Shown: positions 1-9,534, counted from the stretch's first letter. The stretch: DNA of 64,000 nucleotides from Eubacteriales bacterium (GCA_045586595.1 JAZNAQ010000035.1:4310-68309), one strand, 5' to 3'. Notes: generated from the sequence alone by a model not told the origin. Program-made: numbers and translations.

Positions 1-776
1 GCTGGATCAAATACTGTGAGAATAAACACCCCGAGCTTTTAGATAACGTTTCCACCTGTAAATCACCTATGCAGATGCTCGCGGCTCTTCTCAAGGACCA
101 GGCAAAGCGTGAAGGCGTCAACATGTATCATGTTGCTATTATGCCGTGTACGGCTAAAAAGTCCGAGGCGACCCGTGATGAATTCATGGTCGATGATGTT
201 CCGAATGTCGATGCGGTCATCACAACAAACGGTCTTATCAGAATGATAAAAGAATCCGGTATCTTGTTTGATGCACTCGACTCAGAAGCAGTAGACATGC
301 CGTTTGGCACGATATCAGGTGCCGGTGTCATTTTCGGTGTTACCGGCGGTGTTACAGAAGCTGTCCTTCGCCGTGTTGCGGCGACCAAAACCCGTGCTGC
401 ACTTCTTTCCGTTGCAAACTCAGGTCAGCGCGGAATGGACGGAGTCAAGGAGTTTGACCTTGAATACGGCGACAAAACTCTCCATATTGCAGTTGTAAGC
501 GGCCTTGCAAACGCAGAAAGCGTTATCAAACGTATGAAATCAGGCGAGCATTTTGACTTCATTGAAGTCATGGCATGCCCGGGTGGGTGCATCAACGGTG
601 CAGGTCAGCCGTATGTCATGCAGGAAGACCGCAAGGAGCGCGTAAAAGGTCTTTATGAAGCAGACAGGCTTTTAAGTGTCCGTTGTTCGGACGAAAACCC
701 TGTTGTTTCCGCTATTTATGATGACATAATCAAAGACCGTGCACATGAGCTCCTTCATGTACATTATAAGAAATAA
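1..776 (+). CDS. [FeFe]-hydrogenase catalytic subunit, C-terminal part (5' end outside window; first full codon at 3)
   Basis: Frame is open to the window edge (WIKYCENKHPELLDNVSTCKSP...). H-cluster motifs MPCTAKKSE (MPCxxKxxE) and EVMACPGGCINGAGQP (ExMxCxxGCxxGxGQP). TAA at 774-776 followed by a hairpin. Confidence 0.85.
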   Translation, partial: WIKYCENKHPELLDNVSTCKSPMQMLAALLKDQAKREGVNMYHVAIMPCTAKKSEATRDEFMVDDVPNVDAVITTNGLIRMIKESGILFDALDSEAVDMPFGTISGAGVIFGVTGGVTEAVLRRVAATKTRAALLSVANSGQRGMDGVKEFDLEYGDKTLHIAVVSGLANAESVIKRMKSGEHFDFIEVMACPGGCINGAGQPYVMQEDRKERVKGLYEADRLLSVRCSDENPVVSAIYDDIIKDRAHELLHVHYKK

Positions 777-781
777 AAAAA

Positions 782-811
782 GCGAGTATCCAATTTGGAT
801 ACTCGCTTTTT
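782..811. terminator. bidirectional rho-independent terminator between convergent genes
   Basis: Perfect 11-bp stem GCGAGTATCCA/TGGATACTCGC (782-792/796-806), 3-nt loop, A-run upstream, T-run 807-811. Confidence 0.7.
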
Positions 812-827
812 CATTATACTGACAATT

Positions 828-1775
828 TTAATTGACTTTGTTAATCGGATTACCTGCCATAAAAGCCTCAAGGTTCTTGGCTACAAGCTCTACAAGACGG
901 GCACGGGTTTCTTTCGGCGCCCACGCGACATGAGGCGTAATAAGGCAGTTTTTGGCAAGTCTTAACGGGTTTGACTCACTCATCGGCTCAAGTGTGAGCA
1001 CATCAAGCCCCGCACCTGCTATTTTGCCCTCGTTAAGTGCTTCGGCAAGTGCATCCTCGTCAATCGCGCCACCGCGCGACGTGTTTATCAGATATGCCGA
1101 CTTTTTCATCATAGCGAGAGTCTCGCGGTTTATCATACGTTCTGTTTCCTTTGTAAGCGGTGCATGCAGCGTAATATAGTCCGCCCGCTTCAGCAATTCA
1201 CAGAGCGGCACGCACTCTGCATCTGTACACTTAGCCGGTGTGCGGGTTGAAACAAGAATGTTCATATTGAATGCACGCCCGATTTTTGCAACCTCACGTC
1301 CAATGCTCCCATAACCGAAAACTCCTAGTGTTTTACCCTGAAGCTCGGCAATCGGGAACGGAAAGTATGAAAAGTTTTTTGACTTTATCCAACCGCCGTT
1401 TCTCGTCGAATCTGTATAATCACACAGGCTGCCGGCAAGCGCCAGAATAAGCGCAAACGTGTGCTGGGCAACCGCCTCTGTCGAATATCCCGGAGCATTT
1501 GCAACGCATATACCGCGCTCGCTCGCACACTCAAGGTCTATATTGTTATATCCTGTCGCAAACAGACCTATATACTTAAGATTTGGGCATTTCTCCATAA
1601 CATCGCGGTCAATAATGGCCTTGTTGCATATTACCGCGTCTGCGTCTCCGATTTTCTCGGCAAGCTCTTTTCTCGGAATAACATCAAAAAATGTGACATC
1701 ACCGAGCCGCTCAAGCGATTCAAATGATATATCCTCATTGGTTACGGTACATCTGTCGAGTATTATAACTTTCAT
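828..1775 (-). CDS. D-isomer-specific 2-hydroxyacid dehydrogenase (glycerate dehydrogenase / hydroxypyruvate reductase-like)
   Basis: NAD-binding GVFGYGSIGREVAKIG (GxGxxG), INTSRGGAIDEDAL and TPHVAWA regions typical of the family. Start moved to ATG 1775 (MKVIILD), just downstream of GGAGGAG. Confidence 0.8.
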   Translation of the reverse strand: MKVIILDRCTVTNEDISFESLERLGDVTFFDVIPRKELAEKIGDADAVICNKAIIDRDVMEKCPNLKYIGLFATGYNNIDLECASERGICVANAPGYSTEAVAQHTFALILALAGSLCDYTDSTRNGGWIKSKNFSYFPFPIAELQGKTLGVFGYGSIGREVAKIGRAFNMNILVSTRTPAKCTDAECVPLCELLKRADYITLHAPLTKETERMINRETLAMMKKSAYLINTSRGGAIDEDALAEALNEGKIAGAGLDVLTLEPMSESNPLRLAKNCLITPHVAWAPKETRARLVELVAKNLEAFMAGNPINKVN

Positions 1776-1847
1776 AATCTCCTCCGAAATACTGATATTA
1801 TGCAAACAGCAGCGTGCCGAAATCGGCGCGCTGCTGCATCGTTTTGA

Positions 1848-2933
1848 TTAGAGCGTAAAATAGTCGTCGAAGTTGAGGCCCTGAGAAGCACCGATATCCT
1901 TGAGTTCCTGCAGTGTCTTTTCGTTGACCGGAACACCATCGCGAAGCTTCTGTGCCTTGGACTCAACTTCCTTCTCACCGTGGGTGAAGATTCTGTCGTG
2001 TCCGTCAGCCTTCGGGCTCTCGCGGAGCTCCTGAAGAAGGGTAGACATACGGTCTTTAATCTCCTTCTTATCGCCGAAGATGCCGTAATCAATAGCCATA
2101 AGGCAGAAAGAGGTATCAGCGTTACCGCTGTTTCTTACGTGCGGAGAAGTTGTACCGCCTGTTACAATAGACGTAAACAGCTCGACAATGATGCCGAGGC
2201 CGTAGCCCTTGTGTGAACCGGTCTCCTCAGAGAAGCCGCCGAGCGGGAAGATACCGCCGCCGAGCTTGCCGATGATGTTCTTAAGAACGCGATTTGCATC
2301 GTCACAGTCAGCACCGTTTTCGTCAGCTACCCAGCCCTGCGGGAGGGGAATCTCTTTCTTTCTGTAAACTTCAAGCTTACCGCGTGTGATAACAGTAGTA
2401 GCTGCATCAAACCAGAAGTCAACCGGGTCTGCCGGCATAGAAACTGCTATCGGGCTTGTGCCGAGCATTGCCTTCTTGCCGTAAGTCGGTATAGCAATAG
2501 CCTCTGTGTTTGTCATGCTGATACCAATCATATCGTTATCAGCAGCCATCTTTGTGTAGTAGCCTGCAATACCGTAGTGGTTTGAACCCCTTACGCAAAC
2601 TACACCAAAACCTGTCTTCTTAGCCTTGTCGATAGCCATTTCCATTGCCTTCTTGGCAACGACCTGGCCCATCGAACGCGGAGCATCGATAACAGCCGAA
2701 ACAGGTGTCTCGTGGATGATTTCGGGCTTTACATCAGGGACGATGGAGCCTTCCTCAATAGCGAGGTGATATCTGATAAGGCGCTGTACACCGTGTGACT
2801 CAATGCCGTAAAGGTCAGCAGTGAGAAGAACATCAGTGATTGCCTTGCTCTCCTCTGCAGAATAACCGCGCTTGCAGAAAATGTCTTCGCAGTACTTGCG
2901 GAGGCTGTCAACATTTAAATTAATGTATGCCAT
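1848..2933 (-). CDS. Ldh_2 family (malate/L-lactate/ureidoglycolate/2,3-diketogulonate-type) dehydrogenase
   Basis: N-terminal LLTADLYGIESHGVQRL and NHYGIAGYY motifs match my memory of the Ldh_2 family. AAGGAG lies 7 nt upstream of the ATG. Confidence 0.75.
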   Translation of the reverse strand: MAYINLNVDSLRKYCEDIFCKRGYSAEESKAITDVLLTADLYGIESHGVQRLIRYHLAIEEGSIVPDVKPEIIHETPVSAVIDAPRSMGQVVAKKAMEMAIDKAKKTGFGVVCVRGSNHYGIAGYYTKMAADNDMIGISMTNTEAIAIPTYGKKAMLGTSPIAVSMPADPVDFWFDAATTVITRGKLEVYRKKEIPLPQGWVADENGADCDDANRVLKNIIGKLGGGIFPLGGFSEETGSHKGYGLGIIVELFTSIVTGGTTSPHVRNSGNADTSFCLMAIDYGIFGDKKEIKDRMSTLLQELRESPKADGHDRIFTHGEKEVESKAQKLRDGVPVNEKTLQELKDIGASQGLNFDDYFTL

Positions 2934-2960
2934 GTTTTTTACTCCTTTTCTATAAAACGA

Positions 2961-3989
2961 CTATCTCTGAACACGGCCGGAACCGTCGCCGCCCATAAGA
3001 GCCTTAACTTCAGAAAGTGTTGCACGGTTGTAGTCACCAATGATGGAGTGCTTGAGGCAGGATGCTGCAACAGCAAAGTTGAGGGCATCTTCCTTGTTCT
3101 CATAGTTGTTGAGACCGTAGATAAGGCCGCCGGAGAATGAGTCACCGCCGCCTACGCGGTCAACGATATCAGTGATGAGGTACTTGCGGCTGAGGTAGAA
3201 GTTATCTCTGTCGCAGAGGCATGCAGACCAGCCGTTTGTGTCTGCACTCTTGCTCTCACGGAGAGTGATAGCGAGAGTCTTCATGTTCGGGTACTGGTCG
3301 AGAACCTTGCGAGCAAGAGCCTCATACTTAGCTGTATCAAGAACGCCATCCTCAACCTTAACATCAACAGTGATGCCAAGTGACTTCTGGCAGTCTTCCT
3401 CGTTTGCTATACCGACATCAACATACTTAACAAGCTCGCACATAACCTCGGGAGCAGTTTTGCCGTACTTCCAGAGATTCTTGCGGAAGTTAAAGTCGCA
3501 AGAAACAGTAACGCCAAGTCTGTTTGCAGCCTTTACAGACTCAAGAGCAAGCTCTGCAGCAGACTCAGAGATAGCCGGTGTAATACCTGTGATGTGGAAC
3601 CATGTAGCACCGTCAAAAATCTTCTCCCAGTCAAAATCGCCCGGCTTTGCAAGAGCGATAGCTGAATATTCACGGTCGTAAACAACCTTTGACGGGCGCT
3701 GGTTTGCACCTGTCTCAAGGTAGTAGATACCCATTCTGCCGTTAGTGCGGATGATATCCTTTGTTTCAACGCCGAAAGAACGTACATCAGCAACGCAAGC
3801 ATCACCGATTGCGTTGTTCGGGAGAGCTGTTACAAACGATGACTCCATGCCATAATTTGCAAGAGATACTGCTACGTTTGCTTCGCCGCCTCCGAAAGTT
3901 GCCTCAAATGCGGGTGACTGGAAAAATCTCTCAAGGCCCGGTGACTTGAGTCTGAGCATAATTTCTCCGAATGTTACTACTTTTGCCAT
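2961..3989 (-). CDS. kdgK: 2-dehydro-3-deoxygluconokinase (PfkB family)
   Basis: N-terminus [11 protein letters not shown]...[13 protein letters not shown] is typical of KdgK. C-terminal PfkB signature [16 protein letters not shown]. Confidence 0.8.
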   Translation of the reverse strand: MAKVVTFGEIMLRLKSPGLERFFQSPAFEATFGGGEANVAVSLANYGMESSFVTALPNNAIGDACVADVRSFGVETKDIIRTNGRMGIYYLETGANQRPSKVVYDREYSAIALAKPGDFDWEKIFDGATWFHITGITPAISESAAELALESVKAANRLGVTVSCDFNFRKNLWKYGKTAPEVMCELVKYVDVGIANEEDCQKSLGITVDVKVEDGVLDTAKYEALARKVLDQYPNMKTLAITLRESKSADTNGWSACLCDRDNFYLSRKYLITDIVDRVGGGDSFSGGLIYGLNNYENKEDALNFAVAASCLKHSIIGDYNRATLSEVKALMGGDGSGRVQR

Positions 3990-4061
3990 GGTGTATTCGC
4001 TCCTTTTTTATAATAAATTTATATTTTCTGCCCCGGGTATGTCTTCCCGAAAGGCTAAGGT

Positions 4062-5246
4062 TTACTGAACTTCTTTTCTGTGCTCGTCGAGAATTTTCTT
4101 TATCTTATCGACAGGGCTTAAGAGAGATGTTATGGATATGTCGTGGTTCATTGTGTCCATGATAAGAGCAAGGAACTTTGACATATCGACGTTTTCATAC
4201 CACGGAGCCTTAAGAATCTCCTCGGTACGGTAGTTTAGGTTTGTGGAGAATACCTTTGTTATTGCGCCGTCTTCGTATGCCTTATTGAAGGATTTTGCAC
4301 CCTCTGTGAAAAGACCGAAGGTTACACCGACAAAGATTCTCTTTGCCTTCTTTTTCTTGAGCTCGTATGCAATCTCGATTACCGACTCGCCTGACGAAAT
4401 CATGTCGTCAAGAATGAATACATCCTTGCCCTCAACCGATTCGCCAAGGAACTCGTGGCTTATAATCGGGTTGCGGCCGTTTACTATACGGGTATAGTCG
4501 CGGCGTTTGTAGAACATACCAACGTTAAGGCCAAGCATGCTTGCAAAATACAGGCTTCGGCTCATGCCACCTTCATCAGGGCTGACAACAAGCATATTGT
4601 CCTTGTCAATCTTGATGTCGGGAACAGAGCGGATAAGAGCCTTTATAATCTGATATGTAGGCCTGATGTTTTCAAAGCCACTGAGAGGAATAGCGTTCTG
4701 AACACGCGGGTCGTGAGCATCAAACGTGATGATGTTCTCAACACCGAGGTGCTCAAGCTCCTGAAGTGCGAGCGCACAGTCAAGCGACTCACGAGCCGTC
4801 TTGCGGTGCTGGCGGCTCTCGTAGAGAAGCGGCATAATAACATTTATACGCCTTGTCTTACCGCCGATTGCCGCGATAACTCGCTTGATGTCCTGGAATA
4901 TGTCATCGGGGCTCATATGGCACTCCATGTTATACATTTTATATGTACAGCTGTAGTTGCTTATATCCGCAACAATATATATGTCGTAACCGCGTACAGA
5001 CTCTCTGAGAACTGCCTTGCCCTCGCCCGAAGCAAATCTCGGCGTTGCGTGGTCTATGAGATATGAATCTCTGAGGTATGCCGGAAAGTGAAGCGGAACA
5101 TTGCCGTTTTCAACATTATAACGTCTCTGCTGACAAAGATGCGCATCAACAAGATTGCCAAGCTCACGGCTACTCTCAAGTGAAATTATGCCTATCGGAG
5201 CATAAGGTATCTTATCATCCGGTGCTGCACTGAAAGAACTTGCCAT
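4062..5246 (-). CDS. prs: ribose-phosphate diphosphokinase family protein (long form)
   Basis: PRPP-binding loop VFILDDMISSGESV and a Prs-like N-domain. Start set to ATG 5246 (MASSFSAAP), 7 nt after AAGGGGA. The 5321 start in the track lacks an SD. Confidence 0.75.
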   Translation of the reverse strand: MASSFSAAPDDKIPYAPIGIISLESSRELGNLVDAHLCQQRRYNVENGNVPLHFPAYLRDSYLIDHATPRFASGEGKAVLRESVRGYDIYIVADISNYSCTYKMYNMECHMSPDDIFQDIKRVIAAIGGKTRRINVIMPLLYESRQHRKTARESLDCALALQELEHLGVENIITFDAHDPRVQNAIPLSGFENIRPTYQIIKALIRSVPDIKIDKDNMLVVSPDEGGMSRSLYFASMLGLNVGMFYKRRDYTRIVNGRNPIISHEFLGESVEGKDVFILDDMISSGESVIEIAYELKKKKAKRIFVGVTFGLFTEGAKSFNKAYEDGAITKVFSTNLNYRTEEILKAPWYENVDMSKFLALIMDTMNHDISITSLLSPVDKIKKILDEHRKEVQ

Positions 5247-5434
5247 ATACTTATCCCCTTTTCGTTTGTTTCTTATAAAAAAACTCCATGTGAGTTCTTT
5301 TATATCATAGCATATATTCATTGTTTTATCAAGGTAGGAAACACTACAAATTTTTATATTTTTTATTCAAAAAAACTCGTCGAAACGCACTATTGTGTAT
5401 TAAACACATCCATTAAATTTTTTTATATTTACCG

Positions 5435-5463
5435 TTGACGGAAATTGGTTTTTATATTATAAT
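5435..5463 (+). promoter_or_regulatory. sigma-A type promoter for the tRNA pair (and probably mnmE)
   Basis: TTGACG (5435-5440), 17-nt spacer, TATAAT (5458-5463), about 17 nt upstream of tRNA-Thr. Confidence 0.6.
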
Positions 5464-5480
5464 ATAGACTGTTGTGGTAA

Positions 5481-5556
5481 GCTGAAATAGCTCAGTAGGT
5501 AGAGCACATCACTCGTAATGATGAGGTCATGGGTTCGAATCCCATTTTCAGCTCCA
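5481..5556 (+). tRNA. tRNA-Thr (anticodon CGT), CCA encoded
   Basis: Hand-folded cloverleaf: acceptor GCTGAAA/TTTCAGC, anticodon stem CATCA/TGATG with loop CTCGTAA, T-arm ATGGG-TTCGAAT-CCCAT. 73 nt plus CCA. Confidence 0.9.
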
Positions 5557-5564
5557 TTTTATTC

Positions 5565-5638
5565 GCGGGTATAGTTCATCGGTAGAATGCAAGCTTCCCA
5601 AGCTTGAGAGGAGGGTTCGATTCCCTTTACCCGCTCCA
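5565..5638 (+). tRNA. tRNA-Gly (anticodon CCC), CCA encoded
   Basis: Acceptor GCGGGTA/TACCCGC, anticodon stem CAAGC/GCTTG with loop TTCCCAA, T-arm GAGGG-TTCGATT-CCCTT. 71 nt plus CCA. Confidence 0.9.
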
Positions 5639-5656
5639 GAAAAGAATATCCCGAAT

Positions 5657-5689
5657 GTCCTCTTTCACATACCGAAAGAGGACGTTTTT
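5657..5689 (+). terminator. terminator-like hairpin after the tRNA pair, immediately before the mnmE RBS
   Basis: 9-bp stem GTCCTCTTT/AAAGAGGAC, 9-nt loop, then GTTTTT (5684-5689). Confidence 0.55.
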
Positions 5690-5705
5690 GCAAAGAGGTG
5701 ATACT

Positions 5706-7049
5706 ATGGCAGATACAATTGCCGCTATTGCTACCGCGCCAATGAAAAGCGCAATAGGCATTATAAGAGTCTCAGGCGATGATGCGCTTAAAATTTCAAA
5801 TAAAGTTTTTTCAGGTAACCTAAACAAACCAAGAAGTATTGTTACAGGCAGCATGCTCTCGAATGACGGTAACATCTGCGACTTCGGAATGGGCGTATAC
5901 TTCAAAGGCCCCGCAAGCTTTACTGGCGAAGACTCGGTTGAGCTTTTCTGCCACGGTTCACTCGCTGTTTTGCGCACTGTGCTGAACTCTCTATATCATG
6001 CAGGGGCTCGTCCTGCAAAACCGGGCGAGTTTACTCAACGTGCATTCTCGAACGGCAAGATGGACTTAACTCAGGCAGAGGCGGTAATTGACCTTATTGA
6101 CTCAGAAACAGAGCTTGCAGCAAAAAACGCTGCCGAACAAATGAACGGGCATCTCGGCGCGGAAATTTCTTCTCTGACAGAAGATTTAACTGCTGTTGCT
6201 GCAGAGTTTTATGCGTTTGTTGACTACCCTGATGACGACATTCCCCAGAGCGAGCGTAACGAGCTTGCTGACAGGCTTTACAAGGCAGCTGACCGTGCAG
6301 GTAAAATCGCCGGCACATACAACAAGGGCAGATTACTCCGCGACGGCGTCCGTGTCGCTCTTATCGGCAGGCCTAACGTCGGAAAGTCATCTCTTTTAAA
6401 CGCAATGCTCGGAACAGAGCGCAGCATAGTAACCGACATTGAAGGAACGACGCGAGACACGGTTGAAGAATCGCTCAGAGTAAACTCTCTTGCACTTCAT
6501 CTCATAGACACGGCAGGCTTGCGTGATGCCGATACTGAGCCGGAACGTCTCGGTATAGAGCGTAGTGAGGCGGCGGCAAAAGACGCAGACCTGGTAATCG
6601 CCGTGTTTGACGGAAGTTCGCCTCTCGATGATTTTGATATGCAGGCATTGGAGCTTGCAAAAGGACGCAGAAGCATCTGCGTTATAAATAAGAACGACCT
6701 TGGTTGTATTGTTGATAAAACAATTTTTGAGCCTTTACCGACAGTTGAAATTTCGGCAAAAAACAACCTTGGCACCGATATACTCCTTGATAAGATATGC
6801 GAAATATTTGAGGTTGCAGACATCCCCTGCGACGGCAGAACGGTCACAAATCCGCGCCACGCCTCAACGCTCAAACGCGCAGAGGAGCGTATACGGGCAG
6901 CAGCGGACGGGTTCTGCAGCGGAATCTATGCAGACCTTGCCGTAAGCGACATTGAAGATGCAATAAACATTCTCGGCGAGATAACGGGGCGGTCTGCACA
7001 AGACGCAATTATCACCGAAATATTCAGCCGCTTCTGTGTGGGAAAATAA
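5706..7049 (+). CDS. mnmE: tRNA uridine-5-carboxymethylaminomethyl modification GTPase MnmE
   Basis: G-domain motifs GRPNVGKSSLLN, DTAGLR, NKND and the C-terminal FCVGK tail. Start set to ATG 5706 (MADTIAAIATAP), 7 nt after AGAGGTG. The 5604 start in the track runs through tRNA-Gly. Confidence 0.9.
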   Translation: MADTIAAIATAPMKSAIGIIRVSGDDALKISNKVFSGNLNKPRSIVTGSMLSNDGNICDFGMGVYFKGPASFTGEDSVELFCHGSLAVLRTVLNSLYHAGARPAKPGEFTQRAFSNGKMDLTQAEAVIDLIDSETELAAKNAAEQMNGHLGAEISSLTEDLTAVAAEFYAFVDYPDDDIPQSERNELADRLYKAADRAGKIAGTYNKGRLLRDGVRVALIGRPNVGKSSLLNAMLGTERSIVTDIEGTTRDTVEESLRVNSLALHLIDTAGLRDADTEPERLGIERSEAAAKDADLVIAVFDGSSPLDDFDMQALELAKGRRSICVINKNDLGCIVDKTIFEPLPTVEISAKNNLGTDILLDKICEIFEVADIPCDGRTVTNPRHASTLKRAEERIRAAADGFCSGIYADLAVSDIEDAINILGEITGRSAQDAIITEIFSRFCVGK

Positions 7050-7079
7050 AAAAGTGATGGTTTTTGCCATCACTTTTTT
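7048..7079. terminator. bidirectional terminator (mnmE / spoIIP convergent)
   Basis: Stem GTGATGG/CCATCAC (7054-7060/7067-7073) flanked by an A-run and a T-run. Confidence 0.7.
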
Positions 7080-8217
7080 ATTTAGCCGTTTTTAGTATTG
7101 CGGCGAGCTCTTTCCCCAGGAGCTTTACCGAGGCTATCGCTTCGGCAAGGGAATTTGCGCTTGTTCCTACCTCAACGAGCATTGAGCCGGTTGTTGCGTG
7201 CATATTAAAGCGCTCTTTTCTTAAATTCATCGGGCGCATAATGTTGGGGTACTTGCTCGCCATCGCGTTCTGGAGCTTTACGGCAAGTTTTAAGTTCTCT
7301 GCCCAATTCGGGTGCGGCAGCCCGCTCTCGCCGGTAGACATAACGAGCATAAGCTGGGCTACGCGCTCTCCGTTTACATTTGCGACTGTTCTGTATTTTA
7401 CGCCCTCATCTGTACTCATTGCATCGCGGTGTACGTCTATAACAACCTTTATCGAAGGGTTTTTCTTCAGGGCGTTACCTATAGCATCAAGTGTGCGAGT
7501 GTAAGAGCCGTTATACGAGGGGCTGTCATAGATATTCCTGTCGTGTATTACCGATATGCCCTCTGCCTTGAGTGCCGCCTCAAGCTCGTCGCCTACACGT
7601 ATGACATTATATCTCTTGTCTTCTGTGCGTTCAACATCGGTAAGCGTATATGTATCACGCCCCTGCGGCAGGTAGCTCTCACTTCCATGTGTATGCACTA
7701 TCAGCACATGCGGCCCGTTTCCCGTAAGGTTGAAAGGCAGTTTAGCCGAAAGCAGCCAATTAAGATCTATCCCCTTTGTGCTGTCGTTTTTTACCCATAC
7801 ATTACCCAGATGCACATAGCCCTTATCAGATTTGGGGCTTATGGTTATATTCTCTATCGGGTATGTGTTTTCCTTTTTTTCGCCGCCCGGAGTATACTCC
7901 CAAATCGTCAGTTGTTCTTTTCCGTAGTTCTCGGCATTATCCTCAGCCTGCTCTGCTGCAACGGTTCCTGCCGGCACAAGAGCAGTTTCGGAGACAAATG
8001 CCCTCAGCATTTTCTCACCCTCATCGCTCTCTACAAGTTGGGTCTGCTCAGATAATGCAAAACGTACAAAACTCTCGTCTGACGAAATTTGCGATATGTG
8101 TTTTTTTACACTTTCTTCAAGACCGCTCATTGATATGAGCTTTATTGCACACGCCGATAATATAAACACTGCGGCAAGCTTTATAAACCCGTTGTTTTTT
8201 CTACACCTTCTCTTCAT
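7078..8217 (-). CDS. spoIIP: stage II sporulation protein P (SpoIIP amidase family)
   Basis: N-terminal TM segment. VLIVHTHGSESY and DVHRDA motifs typical of SpoIIP. GGAGGAG lies 4 nt upstream of the ATG. Confidence 0.8.
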   Translation of the reverse strand: MKRRCRKNNGFIKLAAVFILSACAIKLISMSGLEESVKKHISQISSDESFVRFALSEQTQLVESDEGEKMLRAFVSETALVPAGTVAAEQAEDNAENYGKEQLTIWEYTPGGEKKENTYPIENITISPKSDKGYVHLGNVWVKNDSTKGIDLNWLLSAKLPFNLTGNGPHVLIVHTHGSESYLPQGRDTYTLTDVERTEDKRYNVIRVGDELEAALKAEGISVIHDRNIYDSPSYNGSYTRTLDAIGNALKKNPSIKVVIDVHRDAMSTDEGVKYRTVANVNGERVAQLMLVMSTGESGLPHPNWAENLKLAVKLQNAMASKYPNIMRPMNLRKERFNMHATTGSMLVEVGTSANSLAEAIASVKLLGKELAAILKTAK

Positions 8218-8280
8218 CTGTCTCCTCCAAGCATAAGCTTCCTACAATAAATTATATTTGGGCTTTTCCAAAAAAATGCA

Positions 8281-8315
8281 AAAACCGAAGCATACAATGT
8301 ATGCTTCGGTTTTTT
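8281..8315 (-). terminator. rho-independent terminator downstream of yabR
   Basis: 11-bp stem CCGAAGCATAC/GTATGCTTCGG (8285-8295/8299-8309) flanked by A/T runs. Confidence 0.7.
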
Positions 8316-8323
8316 GTTTTTAG

Positions 8324-8731
8324 TCAGCGTCTTGCTCGGCGATTGCTTACTCTTCTGTCGGAGTACTGCTTAAGCCCGGATATTTTGCTGTCGCTATCCT
8401 GCATAAACTGCTTGAGCTTATCCTCAAACGACAACTCTGCCGCCTCACGCGGTGCAGATGGCTTTGTAGCAAAGTGTTGTTGCGGACGTTCCTGCCTCGG
8501 CTCAGCCTTACGGATAGACAGGCTTATTCTGCCATTCTCGTCTACCCCTATAATCTTTACCTTGACCTCTTGACCGCTTTGCAGGTGGTCGTTTATATCA
8601 TTTACATATGAGTGCGATATTTCAGAAATATGTACCATGCCGCTCTTTCCTTCTCCGAGAGCAACAAATGCACCGTATTTTGTAATTGATGTGACCTTTC
8701 CGTTGCAAATAGTCCCTACCTCGAGTCCCAT
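8324..8731 (-). CDS. yabR: S1 RNA-binding domain protein (YabR-like)
   Basis: S1 fold GKVTSITKYGAFVALGEGKSGMVHISE. Start set at ATG 8731 (MGLEVGTI) by analogy with the B. subtilis YabR N-terminus (from memory). The track alternative is 8788. Confidence 0.8.
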   Translation of the reverse strand: MGLEVGTICNGKVTSITKYGAFVALGEGKSGMVHISEISHSYVNDINDHLQSGQEVKVKIIGVDENGRISLSIRKAEPRQERPQQHFATKPSAPREAAELSFEDKLKQFMQDSDSKISGLKQYSDRRVSNRRARR

Positions 8732-8771
8732 ACTCTTTTTTGCGTCCTCCTTTGTATTTTTGAAAAGCCTT

Positions 8772-9062
8772 TTAGCTTCCCGAGACATCTACGAAAACGC
8801 GCTCATTAGGCGCGGCGTAGCCCTGACTTTGAGCTTCTTTTGTTACATAATCGTCATCTATCTCAGCACTAAGCACCTGTTCAAGCTGTGCTTTTTTCAT
8901 TGATTCGGTAGCTATAAGCTCATCTAACTCTTTTGTGTCGTTTTCCATCTTGTTAATCTTCACCTGATTTGAGATGAGTATTCCTGCGGCGTAGACAACA
9001 AACACAAAAAGTATAAGCTTAGGAAACAGGCCTTTGCGCTTTTTTCGCTTTTTTGCTGCCAT
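8772..9062 (-). CDS. divIC: septum formation initiator (FtsB/DivIC family)
   Basis: Lys-rich N-terminus, single TM (LILFVFVVYAAGILI), then a coiled coil. Position between yabQ and yabR as in B. subtilis. Confidence 0.7.
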   Translation of the reverse strand: MAAKKRKKRKGLFPKLILFVFVVYAAGILISNQVKINKMENDTKELDELIATESMKKAQLEQVLSAEIDDDYVTKEAQSQGYAAPNERVFVDVSGS

Positions 9063-9522
9063 TTTTACCAGCCTTTCTCTTTTCCATACGTTTCTTTTTT
9101 ATATTCTCCCGCATATTCCGTTCAGTTCTTCGCCCGGTCTTCTTAAACCAGCGCCACACCCACCTGAGAAACAGATATAAGGGGCGGGTAATCATTGAAA
9201 GAATTTTTCTCAATACGCAAATTAAAGACATTAGCACCTTGAATACAATTTCGCTTACTGCGGCAATGTATACAAAGCCTCCGCAAAACGTGCCTACAAG
9301 CACATACCAGCGCATCATGCCATCTGACACAGTCAGAATAAATCCAAGAAGCGCAACGGAAGCAACGCACCAAAACAACGTATCAAGAAGAGCGGTCATC
9401 GCCCTGCTTTTTGGTATGTAGGAGCGAATCACCCTCATTATATCAAACGTCACACCGAGCCCGATACCGAGAAGCGCAGAATAGAGAAACTCCAGAGTCT
9501 GTACAGAAACCGAATTTACCAC
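9019..9522 (-). CDS. yabQ: spore cortex biosynthesis membrane protein YabQ
   Basis: Small multi-TM protein with a basic tail, directly downstream of yabP. Confidence 0.7.
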   Translation of the reverse strand: MVNSVSVQTLEFLYSALLGIGLGVTFDIMRVIRSYIPKSRAMTALLDTLFWCVASVALLGFILTVSDGMMRWYVLVGTFCGGFVYIAAVSEIVFKVLMSLICVLRKILSMITRPLYLFLRWVWRWFKKTGRRTERNMRENIKKKRMEKRKAGKNGSKKAKKAQRPVS

Positions 9523-9534
9523 AGCTTCTCTCCG

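Noticed and set aside
5604-5705. N-terminal 34 codons of track ORF 5604-7049
   Set aside because: This stretch runs through the 3' half of tRNA-Gly and the terminator-like hairpin. The conserved MnmE N-terminus (MADTIAAIATAP) starts at 5706 with a proper SD.
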